Shown: one piece after another, positions 59,270 through 64,000 of the stretch
How positions within the stretch are numbered: position 1 is the stretch's first letter
How the letters are laid out: each line of letters begins with the position of its first letter
Source: a virus
Lineage: Duplodnaviria; Caudoviricetes
Virus record (IMG/VR): IMGVR_UViG_3300044656_000123
Location: 1 to 64,000 of that record
DNA: 64,000 bases
Direction: 5' to 3' (one strand)
Translations under genes and position numbers: made by a program
Notes under the pieces: model-generated
What the model was told of the DNA's origin: nothing
The model's input: only the letters and a program-made list of their open reading frames with translations
The model's database searches: none

Positions 59270-59620
59270 GTGAATAGAAATTACTGCACTAAGGAGCATA
59301 CACCAGAAAATCAGGAGCAAGCTAGACAAAAACTGCTAGAGCTATGCCCACGTGGAACTACTGTGTATTGTTTCGTGACTGCACTCAATAGCCATAGCAC
59401 ACCACGTTATGAGATGGCAGTGATACACATGTATGGCGGCGTACCTGATCTTAAGAACATAACCGCGTGGATACACATTTTTACCGGATGGCGCTATTAT
59501 GATCGCGCATGGACTACTAACGGGATTCAGTGTCAAGGTAACTACTATGATAGCATTGTCGCTAATTTGTCCGATAGACTGTACAATGATAGAGCCGCGT
59601 TAATTGCGGTAAAAAAGTAA
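59270..59620 (+). CDS. Hypothetical phage protein, paralog of 59624-60001
   Basis: GTTVYC...NIT.....TGWRYY...V..LS versus GDTIYC...NIT...TGTRFY...V..LS. Confidence 0.65.
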   Translation: MNRNYCTKEHTPENQEQARQKLLELCPRGTTVYCFVTALNSHSTPRYEMAVIHMYGGVPDLKNITAWIHIFTGWRYYDRAWTTNGIQCQGNYYDSIVANLSDRLYNDRAALIAVKK

Positions 59621-59623
59621 GGA

Positions 59624-60001
59624 GTGTCAACAATGGCTAGAGGCGTTTATATTACACTGTCAACGCAAGAAGAGACAAACGAGCTAAGAAGCGGTACAAT
59701 GAAGTATCTACGGTCTTTTATACAAGCTGGTGATACCATCTATTGCAAGCTGGTGTACAAAACGTCCAGCAATTTACCGGGTGCTACGCGTGGTTATGCA
59801 TTGATGGCATATTGCAGTGAAACGGGCAAAATTGCCAACATTACGCATGACGTTGCACTAGTCACAGGAACACGGTTCTATAGTGGTGAACCGCAATGTA
59901 TGATGGTTAGGGGAGAAGATGTAAAATCCGTTGTTAAAACACTTTCTTTTCTCCTGTTCAATGAAGATAATAGTAAGCTTAACTGTGATATCTGGTGTTA
60001 A
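59624..60001 (+). CDS. Hypothetical phage protein (paralog of the previous gene)
   Basis: Shares the motifs listed for 59270-59620; AGTAAGGAG RBS. Confidence 0.65.
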   Translation: MSTMARGVYITLSTQEETNELRSGTMKYLRSFIQAGDTIYCKLVYKTSSNLPGATRGYALMAYCSETGKIANITHDVALVTGTRFYSGEPQCMMVRGEDVKSVVKTLSFLLFNEDNSKLNCDIWC

Positions 60002-60104
60002 CGCTCAATACTGAGTATACGGGTTTTAGAGGCAAGTTTTAAACTTGCCTCTTTTTTGTTCTCTGCACACCAGCTAGAGCCGGGTCTCTCTGCATTGTTC
60101 ATCC

Positions 60105-60348
60105 TGTAATTTTTCCCTTAGTTCTATAACTTCCCTATGGAAAGTGACTCATAATCGCGTTTAAATGCGTTTCTGAGGGTGCAAAAGTCTAGCCATAGAA
60201 TCACCCTACTCATCTTTGCAAGGACCTCTCTTGACAATCGGCCTTGTTGCCAATTGTGGCGCGATTAAATGGCATTTTAGAAACGCTGGTGTATCTATAC
60301 AGGGACCTCTAAAAACCCTCAGATTTCTATTTAAATGCGATTAAATAG
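60105..60348. repeat. 244-bp element, copy 2
   Basis: Matches 56751-56994. Confidence 0.9.
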
Positions 60349-60435
60349 GTATTGACAAATGTCTGTAGGCATGCGATACTTGACATACAACTTAATAATT
60401 TCTAAGACCTGAACACAGGTAGAAAGTAAGGAGCA

Positions 60436-60684
60436 TTGAACATGCATACAGGATTTTACACGGGCTATCAATCATTACGCGTCAAGGTTATACGCTTTTC
60501 TGCTAAGCAGTGTATTGTAGCTACTCAACTTATCATCTTTGGTGATAAGGGACAATGGAAGTTAAAACTAGTCGATATGTCCAAAGATGACTACGCTAAA
60601 AAACTGATGGCTACAGATAACAAACGTTGGATGTACACAGGCAAGGATAGAAGTCAATATTTTTTCTGGTGTGATATCCGTTAA
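60436..60684 (+). CDS. Hypothetical protein
   Basis: Promoter at 60352-60380 and AGTAAGGAG RBS. Confidence 0.55.
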   Translation: MNMHTGFYTGYQSLRVKVIRFSAKQCIVATQLIIFGDKGQWKLKLVDMSKDDYAKKLMATDNKRWMYTGKDRSQYFFWCDIR

Positions 60685-60759
60685 TCTAGCTTGCTGGTGT
60701 GCAATCTAGCACACCAGCATTAAAGCCTGAACGTAGGTAGAAAGTAAGGAGCAACAACA

Positions 60760-62607
60760 ATGGCAAGTACTAAATGTTTCAATTGCAAAAATCATCATAG
60801 TGGGACACTAGAGGCCGGGTGCAATGATGGTCATAGACACCGTATATGTCCCGATTGCACAACACGTTGCACCGTTGACGGTATTGTACAGCTTGAAAAC
60901 GTCAAAAGTACAATGTCAAACGAAAAAGCACGCGTAGCTATGACAAGCGTTAAATGTTTCGTTTGTGGTAACGCTGGTGAGCACGTTCTAGTGCCTTGCT
61001 CAGATGGCAAAAAACACCGTGTTTGTGAAACCTGCACAAAACATTGTGAGGTACTAGGCACTGTCGATCTCAATGGCGAAAAAGCGTACTTGCTTAAGCA
61101 GAATAAGCGCAACGTGCAATTTCAGGCTATCAATCCCGTCAATCATAGCGTAGTCTATCAATTTGACCTTCCTGTCGCCAAAGATGAAAATTTTGACAAG
61201 AATATTGCAGACATGACAACACACCTTATAGAAAAAGCACACGGTGATAAATACGGTGTTATCAGGAGCAAAGAAGATTTAAACAATATCAGGATAGAGG
61301 TCTCTGTATCATTAGGTGACACCGTTGAATCATCGTTTTTTAGTTTCTCACTACTAAACGCAGTAGAGGACCATGAGGAAAAAGCTAGAGCCTACGCACA
61401 AGATTTTTTTGCAACTGCACAAAAAAATTACAGAATCTCGGATGTGTACTTACTGCGTGCTAGCCTTGAGTACTTCAAAAATACAAGTTTTGTCAGCGTC
61501 AAGTACTTAAGAAAGTTCTTTCATGATGCATTTAAAGCAGAATACAAGCGGCTTTATGATGAGTACAAGACACCAGCTAAGCAGGAAGTGATAACCGTCT
61601 CTTTGCCTACTCCTGATCAGGATGAAATTACACCAGAAGATGAAACACCAGCAAAAACACCGTTTACACAGTTCTTAGCGCAAGCACGCGGTACAATGAA
61701 AACGTGTGATTTTTGCGGTAAAGAGGATTATATGCTTAACATGGATATTGTGCAGACTAGCAAGGGTGACGCAAAACCGTTTTGCAATGATTGCATAATA
61801 GCTCACATGCAAGGGGGTATCTTTGTGTATCCTACTCCTGTTATGTTCCCTGATGATGTACAGGAGCAAGCAGAGATTAACGCGCAAGCTTTTTACGCTA
61901 GACACAACGATGCATCTTTGCGTGAAATCAATGAAGAAATGGACAATCATACACGCGGGTTTTCTCTGCACATGCTACAAGAGTATGAAACCGCGTTTAA
62001 GACTGCGTACTATGGCCTCTTTACTAAAGACAATCCGGTAAAGATTGATCTTAGACAGTCACCAGCTATAGAGCCGTGTTCTATCCCTGATCAGGAGAAT
62101 ATAACCATCTCACCAGTAACTTTTAAGTCTGCAAAGTCAAGCGCAATAGCCGCAAAGATCAGGAAGAATGCACTCAAGTATACAGCACGCGGTATATCAC
62201 TGCTAATCATTGCAATCATGGCTTGCTCAGTCTTTGGCCTAGCTCATAGCTTGACAACACATGCTCAGACAAGCGGTACATGTAAAGCGTACGTTCATCA
62301 TGCCGGGTGGTATGTTCGCGGCTATGGCAGTGATACCACGTACGGATATCATAGCGCCTCACCTAATAGCGTTTATGGGGGTGACGTTCCGCCTAGCTCG
62401 TTACATTGTCCTAATAACCCTTACAATGGGACTACAATGAATAATAGCGCCTCTAGCACACCAGCAAGTACTAGCACACCAGCAAGTACACACAAGCACG
62501 CTAAGAAGCATCACAGGAGCAAGAAACATCATTCTAGCAAACACACGACTAGCACCAATACACCAGCAAGCACCCCTACCTATAGCTGTATATTGGTGCA
62601 AAAGTAA
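60760..62607 (+). CDS. Mosaic membrane protein: Zn-binding repeats, duplicated helical domain, TM helix, His/Lys-rich exported tail
   Basis: Two KCF.C...C.DG..HR.C..C modules; GISLLIIAIMACSVFGLA; TPAS repeats. Confidence 0.65.
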   Translation: MASTKCFNCKNHHSGTLEAGCNDGHRHRICPDCTTRCTVDGIVQLENVKSTMSNEKARVAMTSVKCFVCGNAGEHVLVPCSDGKKHRVCETCTKHCEVLGTVDLNGEKAYLLKQNKRNVQFQAINPVNHSVVYQFDLPVAKDENFDKNIADMTTHLIEKAHGDKYGVIRSKEDLNNIRIEVSVSLGDTVESSFFSFSLLNAVEDHEEKARAYAQDFFATAQKNYRISDVYLLRASLEYFKNTSFVSVKYLRKFFHDAFKAEYKRLYDEYKTPAKQEVITVSLPTPDQDEITPEDETPAKTPFTQFLAQARGTMKTCDFCGKEDYMLNMDIVQTSKGDAKPFCNDCIIAHMQGGIFVYPTPVMFPDDVQEQAEINAQAFYARHNDASLREINEEMDNHTRGFSLHMLQEYETAFKTAYYGLFTKDNPVKIDLRQSPAIEPCSIPDQENITISPVTFKSAKSSAIAAKIRKNALKYTARGISLLIIAIMACSVFGLAHSLTTHAQTSGTCKAYVHHAGWYVRGYGSDTTYGYHSASPNSVYGGDVPPSSLHCPNNPYNGTTMNNSASSTPASTSTPASTHKHAKKHHRSKKHHSSKHTTSTNTPASTPTYSCILVQK

Positions 62608-62608
62608 C

Positions 62609-62663
62609 TTGACATATGCGTCAAGGCATGCGACAATAAAAATAAAAACATGCCTTGACGCAT
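62609..62663 (+). promoter_or_regulatory. Class 1 promoter whose spacer is repeated in inverted orientation just downstream
   Basis: TTGACA TATGCGTCAAGGCATGC GACAAT ... CATGCCTTGACGCAT. Confidence 0.7.
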
Positions 62664-62779
62664 GGATAAGGAGTGTCAACAATGGCTCTAGTGATGTTTG
62701 CGATACTGAGCATAGGCGCAAGTATCCATTTTCGTATCATGGTAAAGTTAGACAGTACACCAGATAGTGAGGTAGTGAC

Positions 62780-63289
62780 ATGGAAGTAATTATCATAGCC
62801 GGGTGTATCCTGATAGTGTGTTGTATTCTCTGTTTTGACTTGCTAGAGATTGCAGTAAGGCGTTTATTGCTGGTGTCTATCCTGATCTTTGCGGCTATGC
62901 TTCTTGCTCCTGTCTACTTTTGCATAGGGCTTTATCAGGGATTCACACAGGACAAACAGCAAGCTAGAGACAATGCAGAGAAAATCAATCAAGCGTGCTC
63001 TAGTCTTTGGCGTATCTACTGTAAAGCGTGGTCTATCCCTGTCAAGGTCTTTATGATAGAGCCTCACATCAATAAAGCCGTGAAATCTGGTATTAAAGAC
63101 GGTCTAGCTTTTAGACGTTGGAGCAAGCGTACACAATTGAACCCTAATCACCCCTACACAGTATTACATCCTGCTAGGTCATTTGTTAAAGCTATGCCTT
63201 ATATCATGCACAAGTACTCACAAAAGGCACAAGGCAAGAAGCCGTTAGACCCGGAAAGAATAGAAACGTTGTGGGATATCTTGCCATAA
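62780..63289 (+). CDS. Membrane protein
   Basis: Two N-terminal hydrophobic helices; GAGG RBS. Confidence 0.55.
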   Translation: MEVIIIAGCILIVCCILCFDLLEIAVRRLLLVSILIFAAMLLAPVYFCIGLYQGFTQDKQQARDNAEKINQACSSLWRIYCKAWSIPVKVFMIEPHINKAVKSGIKDGLAFRRWSKRTQLNPNHPYTVLHPARSFVKAMPYIMHKYSQKAQGKKPLDPERIETLWDILP

Positions 63290-63590
63290 GGAGAATAAAG
63301 AGCATGTCAAGGTTATACGGTTCTAAGACTGCGTACTTATCTAGTACTGATCAATGGTCACAAAACATGTGTGAAAATGCTCAGAACGTACAAGTACATA
63401 TCTATGATTGTATGTACGAACATGAGAAAGCAGAGAAACCTATACACGATAAAGCCGCTATGTCCTTACGTGGCAAGTGGGCATTAATTCACATCGGTTT
63501 CTCTCTGCAATCGCTTATCTTTGGCAGTGTAGACAAAGATCTTATTTTTTAGCTGGTGACATTGACAACTATCATAGGAGTAATACAAAC

Positions 63591-64000
63591 ATGCAATTTA
63601 ACTTGAATCACGCGTTTATAGCTGATGCTATAGAGCAAGGGGACAATGTACCTGTCAATACGGCTATGGACGTGTCACAAGACAGGATTAATTTAGAGGC
63701 TATACCAGATATAGAGCCTGTTTATGTCATTCCTTACTTGGCTTGTAAGGGGAATGTTACCATGCTTGCTGGTGACAAGGGGATAGGAAAAACGTTTCTT
63801 ACTACAAAGATAGCTAGTGATGTTTCTAACGGTGCAATGTGGTATACGGGCAAAAAACTAGACAAAGAAGCGGTACTGTTTATTAATGTGGAAGATGATA
63901 AACGTACAATACGTGTACGTGTACGTGACCATAGCGGATTATGGTCTAATATCCATTACTTCAATGAAATAACCATCAATAACCCGCAATCAAGTCAAAA
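63591..64000 (+). CDS. AAA_25/RecA-like ATPase (RepA-type helicase-like), truncated by the window end; not in the ORF track
   Basis: Translated by eye: VTMLAGDKGIGKT Walker A and VLFINVED; AGGAG RBS. Confidence 0.75.
   Translation, partial: MQFNLNHAFIADAIEQGDNVPVNTAMDVSQDRINLEAIPDIEPVYVIPYLACKGNVTMLAGDKGIGKTFLTTKIASDVSNGAMWYTGKKLDKEAVLFINVEDDKRTIRVRVRDHSGLWSNIHYFNEITINNPQSSQ

Noticed and set aside
1-64000. Reverse transcriptase/DGR, integrase, transposase, capsid or terminase genes, alternative genetic code
   Set aside because: No diagnostic motifs were recognised in this window. ORFs are long and dense under the standard code and use all three stop codons.

Overview
This window looks like a 64-kb segment of a large tailed dsDNA phage or prophage using the standard genetic code; no host housekeeping genes were recognised. 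From left to right it holds: (i) a virion/tail and lysis module (1-12.9 kb) with a 2218-aa acidic multidomain tail protein, a BppU-like protein, a LysM endolysin and a holin candidate; (ii) a middle region (12.9-24 kb) with a PD-(D/E)XK nuclease, dTMP kinase, RusA, HTH proteins, a permuted papain-like enzyme and several non-coding transcription units; (iii) a minus-strand replication module (primase-like, DUF3987-like ATPase, SNF2 helicase) around an origin-like inverted repeat at 27.2-27.8 kb; and (iv) a long plus-strand early/accessory region of small, often paralogous ORFs driven by repeated sigma70-type promoters. The most unusual signals are non-coding. They are an ~870-nt structured RNA unit with two aberrant tRNA-like domains, promoter-terminator sRNA cassettes (some with anti-Shine-Dalgarno sequences complementary to the phage's own AGTAAGGAG RBS), two dense TGCAAC arrays inside the giant tail gene, many loopless perfect palindromes, two promoter classes with conserved spacer motifs, and a duplicated 244-bp self-complementary element. 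All protein calls come from motif recognition by eye; no database searches were run.
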